From assembly GCF_006345805.1 (NCBI RefSeq), contig NW_021833865.1, forward strand, positions 1 to 53,763: DNA of 53,763 nt, in the 5' to 3' direction. The position numbers were made by a program, and so were the translations under genes. Below are positions 24,160-39,140 of the stretch, piece by piece (the stretch's first letter is position 1; each line of letters starts with the position of its first letter). The DNA comes from Octopus sinensis. Lineage: Eukaryota. The notes beneath the pieces were generated by a model that made no database searches, was not told the DNA's origin, and worked only from the letters and a program-made list of their open reading frames with translations.

Positions 24160-24370
24160 TCAAAATATGACCGCGTGTGTACCGTTGGCGATTTTTTTCC
24201 CTCTGTCTTCCCTTCTCTGGATCTTTCCTACTCCTATGTTTCCGACGAAGAGCTCCGCTCGAAACGTCAAACCCTCCTTCTTTCTTTCTTTCCTGAGCGT
24301 CCATTAATACTATATTTGTTCCACGTCCTCGCGTTGTTGTGTTCTTTTGTGCTTTCTTGTTTGGATTAAC
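24160..24370 (+). mobile_element. Penelope-like terminal unit carrying a minimal hammerhead
   Basis: Flanked by (CA)/(TA) microsatellites; second copy at 16900-17100. Confidence 0.7.
24238..24272 (+). ncRNA. Minimal type I hammerhead motif, U4C variant
   Basis: GTTT-CCGACGA-A-GAGC-tcc-GCTC-GAAA-CG-TC-AAAC; stem III is the palindrome ACGT. Confidence 0.75.
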
Positions 24371-24839
24371 TATATATATATATATATATATATACATATA
24401 CATACATATATATACATATACATACATACATACATATATATGTATATACATATACATACATACATACATACATACATACATACATACATACATACATACA
24501 TACATAAATATTTGCTTGTTAGTTCTTGAAAGAACGTGATCTTCTGGCCATTGGGTGGTTGAAATTACTGAACGGGTGGACAGTGGATTTCTGGTCCTAA
24601 CTACCTGATATTTCTATCTTACCGAGCCTTTCTTAAAATTTCGTCATGCATCTGTGAGGAGGTAGTAACTTGGACACTGAATTGCTTAGGACAACCCATC
24701 AAAGGCGAAGACAGCATCGATCCAGGACATACACTCTCTCCCATTGCTTCTCATCGGAACGGACGTGACTTAATTGCACCACCTGGAAAAGTCATTCAAA
24801 TTAGGAATCGGACAACATGGCCCACTCAAGTTAAGAGTT

Positions 24840-24965
24840 ATTGTTTACGGAAATATATCCGAGTTTATACGGGATTTTTTGAAGAGATTTGTCCAAAGAC
24901 TTCTTGAACTTTATGGGGTCTGATTCTCCATTAATGTGTTTTGGTGTAATGTTAAAAAGAGCGTA
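24840..24965 (-). pseudogene. Possible CR1-like LINE C-terminal remnant
   Basis: Minus-strand LFNITPKHING..IKFKKSLDKSLQKIP resembles the end of the ORF of the LINE at 14610-16210. Confidence 0.4.
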
Positions 24966-24969
24966 GCCA

Positions 24970-27410
24970 ATTAAGGCTAGTTCTCAATGATAATGCGATT
25001 GATTAAGAGTTGATCTTTGCATCCCATGAGCCTCGTCGACACCCTTTTTGTTCAATGGGCAAAATATCGTTCTGTTCCATAAATTTGCATATTTTCTCCA
25101 CGAGGATGGATGTTAAAATTTTATACGTGGTAGATAGACATGTTATTCTCCGGGAGTAGGTAATACCTCTTGCTAAGCACTCAGGTCTTTTCGTAGGATC
25201 TTTCATAATTTCATTGAATAGCTGGGCTAACTTTCCGTGTGTACACGGGCGTGAGGCGAGTTAGAAATTTGGCACCTTATCATTACCTGGAGATTTCTAC
25301 TTATGAGCCTTTGTGAGTGTCATCCTTAGGTCTGCTATTGTGATGTCCTCCCATGCTTGTTTTGGTAGGATCATTCTATGCGTCTAATCCAGTCTGCATT
25401 TTCATTGCAAGTCTTTGTATCACTCCAGATATTTTCCCAGAAGTTTCTAACTCCTTCCATGGAAGTGGGGGTTTCTTCAACGGTTATTTTCTCCTTCCCT
25501 ATTTCTCTGTAGAATATTTTTGCATCTGATGTGAACAACTTATTTTGCTTGTAAAATTTGTTTCTTTTCTCAAATCTTCGTATTCTTTGAGCTTTTGTTT
25601 GGACTTTTTGTTGCGTTGTTTCTTTTGCTGAAAGCAGTTCTTCCCTTTGTGAGAATCTATGTTTCCTCTTCATCTTTCTTCCATTTCTGGTTTTTATATC
25701 GTTTCCGCAGATTAGTTCATCCAATATTGATATTTGTCCTCTCATTATTTCTGTCTCTTTTTCAATTTTACTTTTCCAGTTCGGAATTCTTCTCAGGTTT
25801 GTATTTCTTTGTTTTTTCAGAGGCAGACAACTGGTTTCAATTATTTTAGCAGCTGCGTAAATAATTCATTTAATTCAGTGAGATATGGTTTTTGTTCATG
25901 TACAATTTCTTTTGTTACATAGTTTCCAATTTTAATTTGTTTTGTATTGGGTAGTTCGGAAAGTTCGTGCCGATTTTTAAAGGAAAGAAAAAGATCAATA
26001 AATACTTGCCATTACATTTTTAATCAACCAAATATGAACCATTTTGTTGCACAATGCATCTCCATCTTTCCTTTACCTTGAAAATACCCTCTTCCCAGAA
26101 ATGAGGTAGTTTCATGGCAAAGAATTCATCAAGGTATCTTTTTACGTCATCCAAGGAATTGAAATGTTTACCATTAAGACTTTTCTGCAGAGACCTGAAT
26201 AAGTGGAAATCCGAAGGAGCAATATCTGGTGAATATGGAGGGTGGGGTAACACATCCCAGCCGAGCTGCAGCAATTTTTGTCTGGTTCCCAAAGCATCAA
26301 GTGTCGAAAATGAACTTTCTCATCTTTTATTTTAAAGGGTTACAGAATTAACACAGGTTATAGGAACATAAACCTTCTTCCACGAAAAGATAGCTTAAAC
26401 TGTGCTCTAAATGGAGGTGTAGTCAAATCCTATTTTATGGACTCAACCATGTTCTAAACTAACTCGAAATGTAAGCTACTATAAATCGGCACGAACTTTC
26501 CGGACAACCCAATATTTTGGATTGTATTTGAGAGCTTATGAAGTGGTTTTCTATCATGCATATTGATGTATCTTACAACTTCAAGCTTATTCAGCGTTTT
26601 CTGCTTCATTTCTATCATAGACTCTCTATGTTCTTCAGCAAATGTGTAGTCTTCGGATATTGTTTCTCTTTTCCACTTTCCTCGCTATCTTTATCAGGTT
26701 CATTACAATATACTTCTCCATACGTTTGCGTGTTCTGGTCAGATGCCAGTCTTTCAATTGAGACTCACGAAGAGTTGCTCTCTTCATCTGGTTCTTCATT
26801 TCCGTTCTATCTTACATTTAAGTGATGTTCCGTTGCGTGTTTGATCGCAGTTATTTCACTATCCGTGGGTCTTATTCCTGAAGATGTCCCTCCTAATATT
26901 GGCTGTCCAAATGCAGTCTGCTGTCTTAATTTCGTGCTTTTCATAATGGATAAGAGAGTGTTTCCTTTCAGACGGCCTGCCTAATGCATAGCAATAGGCG
27001 TATATTACTTCTGTTTACTCTTCTTGGGTCCATTTGATCCTCTTACATTTTTCTTTCTGCAGTGGGTGTGCCAGTGGATGACTTTTCGACCCAGACTAGC
27101 TCTCTCCTAGAGGACGCGCTTCCAGATTAACCATTGGACAAGCGATTTGGTGTATTTTTGTGGTCTTCCTTTGTGTTTCGTTAGACATATTTGTGCTGCA
27201 TTAAAAGTATTAGTATTGAGTCCTGTATTGTAGCAGATGTAGAGACGGTTGTTGTCTCTGCCATTATTGTTGACTCCGCCATTAATACCGTTACAGTTAC
27301 TTTAACCTTGCTACCACAGCATTGTTCACCGTTAGCTAAAGCCAATAGTGCCTTGATGTGTATCGTTTTGGCTAGCCTTTATAGCCATGGCGACAGGTAT
27401 AACCGTTATT
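24970..27410 (-). mobile_element. R4/Dong-like non-LTR retrotransposon, 5' half (disrupted; interrupted by mariner)
   Basis: Minus-strand KRIKWTQEE..VIYAYCYA, KAQRIRRFEKRNKFYKQNKLF..DAKIFYR, FWENIWS..NENADWI, RITCLSTTYKILTSI..ILPIEQKGCRRGS..DQLLIN. Confidence 0.75.
25947..26512 (-). mobile_element. Mariner internal-deletion derivative (566 bp) with transposase C-terminus (26020-26292)
   Basis: 30-bp TIRs (28/30) with TA on both sides; LGWDVLPHPPYSPDIAPSDFHLFRSLQ...ERWRCIVQQNGSYLVD*. Confidence 0.92.
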
Positions 27411-27440
27411 ATTAATATTTATTATTATTATTATTATTAT

Positions 27441-27990
27441 TGAGTGAGAGAGCAGTTCATGCCATCAAAGTGACACTGGGGTAAAATATACGAAGCCCAA
27501 TATACCCATCATGACTACCCGTCTGATAAAGGTACACCAGGCACATGCATCACAACCATATGTGCGCGACATGGTGATCTCATATCAAGATAAACAGCAC
27601 ATGACCTTGCAGGTGGGGCCCAGTTAGAATTTTCTTCAGGTTGAGTAGCCCATCCCGCTCAAACGGTCCCTGAATAAGGGTTGTTTAAGGATGTTGAAAG
27701 AACCACCCATGTTTCCAGAGGTGAACTATTCAACCCCAAAGAATCCCTCTCACACATGGCTATGATGCTCCCCCACTACTTCTGCTCTTGATCAGAGATG
27801 CACATATCGTCAGCCACTAAGGGACATGCTCAACTGGTTAAGGTCAAACAACTGACAAGAAATCTGTGGTATTGAGCAGAATATTTGCTGTAGCCCATCT
27901 TTTATACCAAGACAAAACAATGTACATGATACACTTCCAATCAGTTAAGATCAGAAGCCATGAGAGCCACTGCCTGGTACTGCATCAGGG

Positions 27991-27991
<1 letters not shown>
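27441..27991 (-). mobile_element. Element F: ~550-bp non-coding interspersed repeat bounded by (TAA)n
   Basis: (TTA)n on both sides on the plus strand; second copy at 19946-20270; no tRNA head and no recognisable ORF. Confidence 0.65.
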
Positions 27992-28031
<40 letters not shown>

Positions 28032-28075
28032 TATTATTATTATTATTATATTATCATCATTATTATTATTATTAT

Positions 28076-28466
28076 ATTCTATTGTTGACTTTTGCTTTAT
28101 ATTTGTACAAGTTGGCTCAAAGTCTCACCCAGAGACCTCAAGAGACAACAGGTTGGAAGTTCGTGTTGTTGTTATGCCTAGTGTGCCATATTTTTGGTTT
28201 TGTATTTAGTGGTGTACTAGTGAATGTCTAAAAAAAAACGAAAATTATGTTTGTTTTAAAACTTGAGATTACATAGAAAGTATTTTGCGTAGGTTATGAG
28301 CAGTTCCCATAAGCACTATCTTTTAAATTTCTGCCATTTTGGGGTTTCCTGGTATCTGAGTTAGGTAGCGATCAGCCCCTTTTGCTATCATTCCCAGGGC
28401 ACCTATGACAACAGGTATTGTTTTAGTCTTCAGGTTCCACATTTTGCTGATTTCTATTTCAAGATC

Positions 28467-28469
<3 letters not shown>
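28076..28469 (-). mobile_element. 5'-truncated R4/Dong-like element (restriction-like endonuclease C-terminus + 3' UTR + (TAA)n tail)
   Basis: Minus-strand KDLEIEISKMWNLKTKTIPVVIGALGMIAKG...KIVLMGTAHNLRKILSM* (stop 28269-28271); (TAA)n at both ends. Confidence 0.85.
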
Positions 28470-31007
<2,538 letters not shown>

Positions 31008-32160
31008 GGGAACGTACAGAAGTGATAACAATGAGACTGACAGAAGTTAAAGCTATTACATTCAGCCACACTATCTTGTTTTAATGAACTCCAGTTTCCA
31101 TATATACTCGTCCAAAACATATAAACAAATAAACGATATCAGAAGAGCAGAACCGGCGCTAGCATCGTTCTAATGGCTGAATATATGCAATGATAATTGA
31201 TTCTTTTTTCTTTAATAGAAACAATGCCGAACAAATTCACAATGGAAGGGAGTGTGATTGTGTGACATTCATACTTTGCTCAATTGTATCAGTGGCGTCA
31301 GTGAAGTATCAGATAACAACTGCAAAAAAAAAAACTATAAAAAAACTCAACAGAAACTACTGGAAGGAAATAAAAATTAACATGGTATGAATGGATTACT
31401 AGAAAACTTCTTTTGCCAGCGTTTTCTGCCCGCGTATCCAGGAAACATTAATCATATTTAAAGTAGCTTCAATCATTAACAGACACAGCAAACGTGTTAT
31501 AAGTGGATTTACTACCTACATTTGAGACTAAACAATGAACTGTTAAATAAAGTAATTTATGTCAGAGAGGAAGATTCAACAAGGATTGCTCTATCTCTCG
31601 GTTCTGTTCCGTGTAATTATAGCTAACACTCCCAAATTATAAAGGTAAATAATTAGATTATACACATGGCACGTGCTGTTGGTGGTCAGCTTTTGTAGGG
31701 GAGACAATCTCTTCCAGATTCGTTAAGGCGGGAATGGAAGACTGAATAGAGTAAAGAAAAAATAGTAAAAATTAGTATATAGTAAATCAGAAATAAGAAC
31801 GAAATATCAATGAAATAACATCGAAATATCGAAATCTTTGGTTCTCATTCACCTCCGGGACAATTCGTTTCGGCTGACTTTGAGTTATACTGTATTTTTC
31901 AACACTGTACGTCTTTAAAGGGACTTTCTCTGGACGAAGTACCGCAGTTAAAAAGCGTTTATCAAGACATATACTTTCAGTATGTGACACCGATAATATA
32001 TATATTGACACCACCGGATTGAATGGTACTGCCCAGGTATCGAAACCATAATGATATCCATGGGGTAGCTGATGATGGATTATTAGTATGGCTGTTTTTG
32101 CATATGTGGAATAGTGTTATAAGACATCCTTTTGATATATATATATATATATATAATATA

Positions 32161-32225
<65 letters not shown>

Positions 32226-32885
32226 TATATATTAATGAGAAGTTTTGGCATTCAGAAAACCCAAAAGGCAGGTAAGGCTGTTTAACTGCTACGGAAGGAC
32301 CGCTGTTAAACTCCAGGTTAAACAATAGTATGAGCGAGGAGTCTAAGGTGGGTCGTATGTGAGGGTAACCCTTTGAAAAATTATCCTAACCGGCCACGTT
32401 TAGATCTACTGGCGTCCTTAATTGCTTAGCGGCAAAATGTGGACAGCCTCAGTATGAAAAGTACTAACCAGCAGCAAATGAGGATAATGTGCTGAAGAAG
32501 GTAATATCTTTGTATCAAACTAGAAACCGGTCCACATCTATTCCTGTACCAGTAAATATATGGCTTTATGCTATATTGGTATGTGAGAAAGGCGGCGAGC
32601 TGACAGAAACGTTAGTACGCCGGGCTAAATGCTTAGCGGCATTTCGTCTCTCATTACGTTCTGAATTCAAATTCCGACTCGAGTTGAATAGAACAAGTCA
32701 CTGCAAATCCTTGTTGGGGTATCCATGTACATGGAGCAAGGATCGGTTAGCTTTTATTGACATCCAGTCGTATAATTTATTATAATGAAGTCAAACTAAT
32801 GCAACAAATATATGAATTTCAAACCATTGCGCAATAAATTATTAAAAAATTCATCTCATACGCAAGATCTTCCCCAATTAAGACT

Positions 32886-32927
<42 letters not shown>

Positions 32928-33589
32928 CACATATGTCGTTGGTTTTCGAAATGCTTAATTAACAAGTTTCATTGATGTATGTTTTAATAAGTGTGGGTGT
33001 ATGTCTATATGTGAGAATATACATATAAGCATATGTGAATATATATACATGTATGTATATATGTAAACATGAATATAAGATTATGTGTATGTATGTGTGT
33101 GAGTGTGTACGTATGAGTGTACGTATGTGTATATTAATGCGTCTGCACAGGCACATGCAAAATAAACACCCACATACATACTCATTGTTTTTAAAAGCAT
33201 TCATAATAAGTATTAATTAAAAGTAATACTTTAAAGAATTATGTTAGAACATTGCTTAAGCAGCAATGCCGTTTCATTACTTTGGTAGTGAGGAGTTTAA
33301 AATGCTTATAATAATGTTCCCACGAGAACCAGAAATGAAATCAAAAGTGTGAGCTTGAAGCAGCCGTTTTCGCAGAAATCGTTCACAAGGGTTTTTAAGT
33401 GGGAGAACATAAGGATAAGCGTTTCCTTTAAGCTTTCATTTCATATTTCAAAAAATATTCAGTCAGTGGATATTCAAATGAAAACCGGGCTTGGTTTACC
33501 AAATAACGATCGGAAACGAGCAACTCGGAGTACTGGAAATCGGAGCCTTTCAATTATATTGTATCAAAGAATACTCTACAATAGACGCA

Positions 33590-33746
33590 AGAGTGGCTTT
33601 GTGGTAAGAAGCTAGCATCCCAACCACACGCTTAAGGGTTCAGTCCCACTGCGTGGCACCTTTTGTAACTGTCTTTCACTATAGCCTCGGGCCGACTAAA
33701 GCCTTGTGAATGAATTTGTTAGATGGAAACTGAAAGAAGCCCATCG

Positions 33747-33802
<56 letters not shown>

Positions 33803-33965
33803 GGTAGATCGCTAGCCACTACACATTCTTTATCTTCTCTCCTTGTTTCTTTCTGTGGAAGAGCGTAGGCTCGAAACGTTAAAGACTTGTTCTCTTCCCG
33901 AGCTTTATACTAATACATCTGTTTGTTGTCTACACCACCTTTCTTTTTTTTCTGTGAATTCTCCC

Positions 33966-34014
<49 letters not shown>

Positions 34015-34225
34015 ATTGTATTTGTGTGTCTGTGTTTGTTCCCCCACCATCGCTTGACAACCGATGTTGATGTGTTACCTCCCCGTAACTTAGCGGTTCT
34101 ACAAAAGATACATATAGCATAAGTACTAGGCTTACAAAGATTAAGTTCTGGGATCGATTTGTTCGACTAAAGGTAGTGTTCGAGAATGTCCGATGTCAAA
34201 TGACTGAAACAAGGGAAAGAATAAA
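33590..34225 (+). mobile_element. SINE family B with a hammerhead unit nested in its internal (TA)n
   Basis: Head 33590-33750, insert 33802-33966, tail 34030-34225. Confidence 0.8.
33848..33886 (+). ncRNA. Minimal hammerhead-like motif, A6U variant
   Basis: TCTTT-CTGTGGA-A-GAGC-gtag-GCTC-GAAA-CG-TT-AAAGA. Confidence 0.65.
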
Positions 34226-34606
34226 AGAATAACAGAATGTGTATTGATCCAAGAACTGAGAGTGAGAGGCATACACCTCCTCCTGTCATTTGTTTTTATA
34301 CATCTCTCGAAGAAGAGGGAAAACACTGATGTAACACCTGCGACTTTGTCTGCATCCACTGATGTAGACTGGTTCCTCCTTTGGGGCAAATACATACGTT
34401 GTGTGGGATTGGCCCTTTGCAATGCCTTTCCTTCAAGTACAGGCATCGCATGATTTTTAAAATTTCTATTTACGTCCTTACTATGTACTGCATGCTAAAG
34501 CTAGCTGTAGCCAAAGAATGATTTCGTTCAAACATGGAAATTTTTTTTTTTTTGAGAATTTGGCTTTGTTTTGACAGGTTTTGGCTTTCGTCCTGCTGAC
34601 CCGCAG

Positions 34607-34720
34607 AGTGTCCGGTGAAAACCACTCTCGTTATCAAGCAGGCTTGGTACACTTACCGGCTTTGTCACCAATGGTCTGACCACGCGGAAGGCTCTACTGG
34701 GTTGCCAGTTACCAGTAGCA
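34607..34720 (+). CDS. Candidate isolated exon (unverified)
   Basis: GC-elevated sequence not repeated in the window; CTGACCCGCAG acceptor and GTAAGA donor; 114 bp open in phase 1-1 (CPVKTTLVIKQAWYTYRLCHQWSDHAEGSTGLPVTSS); no recognisable homology. Confidence 0.2.
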
Positions 34721-34791
34721 GTAAGAGTGACCAAACATACACATACATGCATACATACATACATACATACATACATACATACATGCATACA

Positions 34792-34823
<32 letters not shown>

Positions 34824-35055
34824 AATAAATACATTATATGTGTATGCGAATATATATATACATGTATGAGAAATTTGAAAAGAAAATATGAAACCGATTA
34901 TTTCTCCAAAAACTATGTTACTATACACAGAATTTTCTAACATTTTTCTAACATAACTACTTAAATATATTCTTAACCTTATAACACAAGCCTTCTGTAG
35001 TTTTTTCACTCTTTTTTATTTTTTAGACATCCAACAACGTGCTTTCACACACCAA

Positions 35056-35086
<31 letters not shown>

Positions 35087-35319
35087 CAGTTCAATTAGAG
35101 GTTGAATAAAAGCCTCATTAAGAGATAATATCCAATGAATTTATTGGTTTCTTACCTATTATTTATTTTGAATATTAGTTTTAATACTGAAAAATAGGTA
35201 ATTAAATAAACCGAGGTTTATATTTATTTAAGAAAAATAAGGCGGTACTCCAGCATGGCCGCAGTCAAATGGCTGAAACAAGTAAAAGAGCAAAAGAGTA
35301 AATACAATTTCTAATAATA

Positions 35320-36042
35320 CAGGGTGGCCACAAAGTCACGCGCCATGGGAGATATCGAGTACGCTTTATTAGCAACGAAGTAGGAAATCCATTACAAATG
35401 CTCAAAGTGTTGGTCATGTAACTCTACGGAATTTGAAATTGCGATGATCTCTCTCAAATAACTCTTCATTGCCGTTGACATGCTCACACGCTTCAACAAT
35501 TCTTTGAAGAAGATGTCTTTGGACACGAATCACAAGGGATTTAATGTCTTTGGACACGAATCACAAGGGAATACACAAGGTATTTAATGTAGTCCCAGAA
35601 GAAAAAGTCCATGCGAGTTAAATCTGATGACTGTGGTGCCCATTCAAATTGGCCCGCAATACACAAGCCATCTCCCTGGAAAATGTTCATTCCGAAAATC
35701 ACTAACCTGTAATGCATAATGGAGCGGAGCCCCATCATACTGAAACCAGACAGAATTTCTCCTTCCACGTGAATGCACACGAGGCATCATCTTGTTGCCA
35801 TGCTTGTTCAGATACGAATCACCTGTCGCAGAGCCCTCAAAAATAAAATGGTTCAGTTACATGATTGTGCCAAATCCCACACCTCACCATTACCTTGCCC
35901 CCACCTTGTTGATTATCTGCCTCCATCCAATGAGGATTGGTTTGAGTGTAAAATCGGCAGTTGGGAAAAGAGATAGAAAAAAAAAGAGAATGTTAGCAAT
36001 TTCACATATTGTAGAATGATGCGTGACTTTATGGCCACCTTG
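35320..36042 (-). mobile_element. Tc1/mariner deletion derivative with decayed transposase C-terminus
   Basis: 22-bp TIRs (20/22) CAGGGTGGCCACAAAGTCACGC with TA flanks; WAPQSSDLTRMDFFFWDYIKYLVY (decayed WPPRSPDL) and QHFEHL*. Confidence 0.85.
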
Positions 36043-36049
36043 TATTTGT

Positions 36050-36645
36050 GCTTAGCCCCGTGTGGGTAGTAAAGAAATAGGTATTTCGTCTGCCGTTACG
36101 TTCTGAGTTCAAATTCCGCCGAGGTCGACTTTGCTTTTCGCCCTTTCGGGGTCGATTAAATAAGTACCAGTTACGCACTGGAGTCGATGTAATTAACTTA
36201 ATCCGTTTGTCTGTCCTTGTTTGTCCCCTCTGTGTGTAGCCCCTTGTGGGTAGTAAAGAAATAGGTATTTCGTCTATCTTTATGCTCTGAGTTCAAATTC
36301 AAATTGCTTCTTATGCTTTCGGGGTCGATAAATTAAGTACCAGTTTCATTCTGGGGTCGATATAATAGACTAGCCCCGCTCCCCTAAAATTTCAGGCCTT
36401 GTGTCTAGAGTAGAAAAGAATATTTTAAAGACGGCGAGCTGGCAGAAACGTTAGCACTCCGGGCGAAATGCTTAGCGGTATTTCGTCTGCGTTACGTTGT
36501 GAGTTCAAATTCCGCCGATGTCGATTTTGCCTTTTATGCTTTCGGAGTCAATAAATTAAGTACCAGTTGCATTCTGGTGTGACCTAATCGACTGGCCCCC
36601 TCCCCACAAAATTTCGGGCCTTGTGCCTCGAGTTGAAAAGATTAT
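36050..36645 (+). mobile_element. SINE family A arrays (two adjacent)
   Basis: Unit restarts at 36081 and 36265; new head at about 36430. Confidence 0.88.
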
Positions 36646-36879
36646 TGCTTTAGATGACGATGTGGATTTAGGTGTTGTTACTTTTGTCGATATTATTGTT
36701 GCTGTTGTTGTTGTTTTTGTCATTGTTGTCACTGTTACATTGTTGTCGGCAGTGTTCTTGTTATTGTTGTCGTTACGCTATTCTGTTAAGTCAACTTAGA
36801 TGTAGGTGTGGTGAAAATTACACGGGTGAGTAAACAAATAGGGGTGGGTAGAGGGTGGGGGGTAGGACGGCTAAATGAA

Positions 36880-37087
36880 TAAAGAATTCGTAGGGAACAG
36901 AAAGGGAGTAAGGAACAGATAGAGTGAAAGAAAGGGGAAATATAAGAGAGAAAGGGAGATATGAGAAATGGTGATAGGGGACATAAGAAAAGGGGAAAGA
37001 AAGAGGCAGAAAGTGAGAGACAGGGGCAAAGGAGAGAGTCAACGATATCGTTAGTTTATTGGAGGGGGGGGGGAATAGAGATAGCTT

Positions 37088-37123
<36 letters not shown>

Positions 37124-37690
37124 AGGAGAGAGAGACAGAGGGGAAAGAGAAAAAGCGGGGGTGGAGAGAAGGAATAGGAGGACAAAGGGGAAAAAGGGGG
37201 TGAATGAGGAGTAACGGTGGCGGTTAAGTAGTAGTGGTAGCAGTGGCTAATGGCAGTAGCGGCGGTAGTGGGGGTAGTTGTAGTATTGGTAGTAGTAGTA
37301 GTCATAGTGATGGTGGTGGTGGTAGTGGTGGTTGTAGCAATTGTGGTAGTAGTAGTAGTAGTAGTATTAGTGATGGTGGTATTGGTGGTGGTGGTGGAGG
37401 TGATAGTGGTGGTTGTAGGAATTGTAATAGTAGTAGTAGTAATAGTGGTGGTGGTGGTGGTGGTGGCAGTAGTAGTAGTAATAGTAGTAGTAGTAGTAGC
37501 AGTAGTAGTAGTAGCTCCAATAGTACCAGAGGGGGTGATAAAAGGAGAGAGAACAAGAGAAAGAAGTAGCAACGGTGAAGAAGAAAGACAGAGAAAGAGA
37601 GAGGAACAGAGAGAGAGAGAAAGAAAAAGAGAGAACAAGAAAGAGTGAGAGGGAGGGAGTAAGAAAGAGAAAGAAGTAGGTCACATCCGG
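36880..37690. repeat. Purine-rich (GA)n tracts flanking a (GTA)/(GTG) trinucleotide tract
   Basis: Directly visible; source of the poly-T/S/V ORFs. Confidence 0.9.
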
Positions 37691-38056
37691 TTAGCTTGGC
37701 GCCAACTGCGGATTGCTAATGTCAAACTGTTGAGTTTTGATCAGATAATATGTTATCACGACTAGATAGGGTTAGATTGTTGTTGTTGTTGATGATGTTG
37801 AGTATGAGGCTTATAACGATGGTGGTGATGATGATGATGGTGATGGTGATGATGCTTCTGTTGTTGATTTTTTTTATGTTCTTTTTAGCGGGGAGTTTGG
37901 GGCGTGCTTTTGGTTGATGTTGCCTGCGCTTTTTTAAATACGTTGTTGTTGTTTTTCTTCATTTTTACTTTGCGGTTTTGTTCTTGTTTCATATATATAT
38001 ATATATATATATATATCTGTGTATATGCATGCATACACATGCACACACATGCATAA

Positions 38057-38091
<35 letters not shown>

Positions 38092-38093
38092 AT

Positions 38094-38124
<31 letters not shown>

Positions 38125-39004
38125 ATTATATGCATGTATACACACAAACACACACACACACACACACATCACATATATATATATTTATGTATGTGTGTAC
38201 ATGTACATGAATATATATATGCGTGTATATATATATATATTATATATATATTGTGTGTGTGTGTGTGCGTGTGTGTGTGTGGTGTGTGTGTGCGTGTGTG
38301 TGTGTGTGTGTGTATTATATGCATGTATACACACAAACACACACATATATATTGTTCTTTCGCCCCTCTTTCTTTTCTTTCTTCTACTGGTCACCACCAC
38401 CACCACCACCACCACCACTACCACCACCACCACTAACGCCACCGCCAACATCACCATCAGCATCATCATCATTAGTATTATCGTTACTATCATCATTAGT
38501 TTCATCATGGCTTCTCTTCTTTGTCCGTTTCCTTTTTCTTTAGACCTCGTTCTTTCTCTTTCCCTTTTATTTTCCTTCCATTTTTTCTTTCTAATTTGTA
38601 TTTCTTTACCTTTCTGTGTTTTTCTTTTATTGTTATGCTTGTGGATGCCAATATTATTACATACGCATGCACACTTACAGAGATACGACTAAAGGCGGTG
38701 CTCCAGCATGGCCACAATCAAATGACTGACACAAGTAAAAGAGTATATATATATATATTTTTTTCTTTCTTTCTTTTTTTTTTTACTTGTTTCAGTCATT
38801 TTGACTGCGGCCATGCTGGAGCACCGCCTTTAATCGAGCAACTCGACCCCGGGACTTATTCTTTGTAAGCCCAGTACTTATTCTATCGGTCTCTTTTGCC
38901 GAACCGCTATGTATATATATATATATATATACACGCATGCACACACATTCGCAGACACATACACAAACACACACACACATATGATTGTGTCCATATAAAT
39001 ATAT

Positions 39005-39075
<71 letters not shown>

Positions 39076-39104
39076 GATGAATGGATGGATAGATAGATAG
39101 ATAG

Positions 39105-39140
<36 letters not shown>

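Noticed and set aside
31219-31384. Candidate exon (TTTCTTTAATAG ... GTATGA)
   Set aside because: The open frame relies on A homopolymers and the peptide is unrecognisable.
31820-31960. Minus-strand GCCGAAACGAATTGTC resembling a hammerhead 3' half
   Set aside because: No CUGANGA half found upstream.
34657-34700. Minus-strand RAFRVVRPL resembling a voltage-gated channel S4, before a GTAAGT donor
   Set aside because: The match is too short and the flanking residues do not fit; likely chance.
37087-37684. Mucin-like poly-Thr and Ser/Gly-rich ORFs
   Set aside because: Translations of GTA/GTG trinucleotide and GA repeats, open in many frames on both strands.
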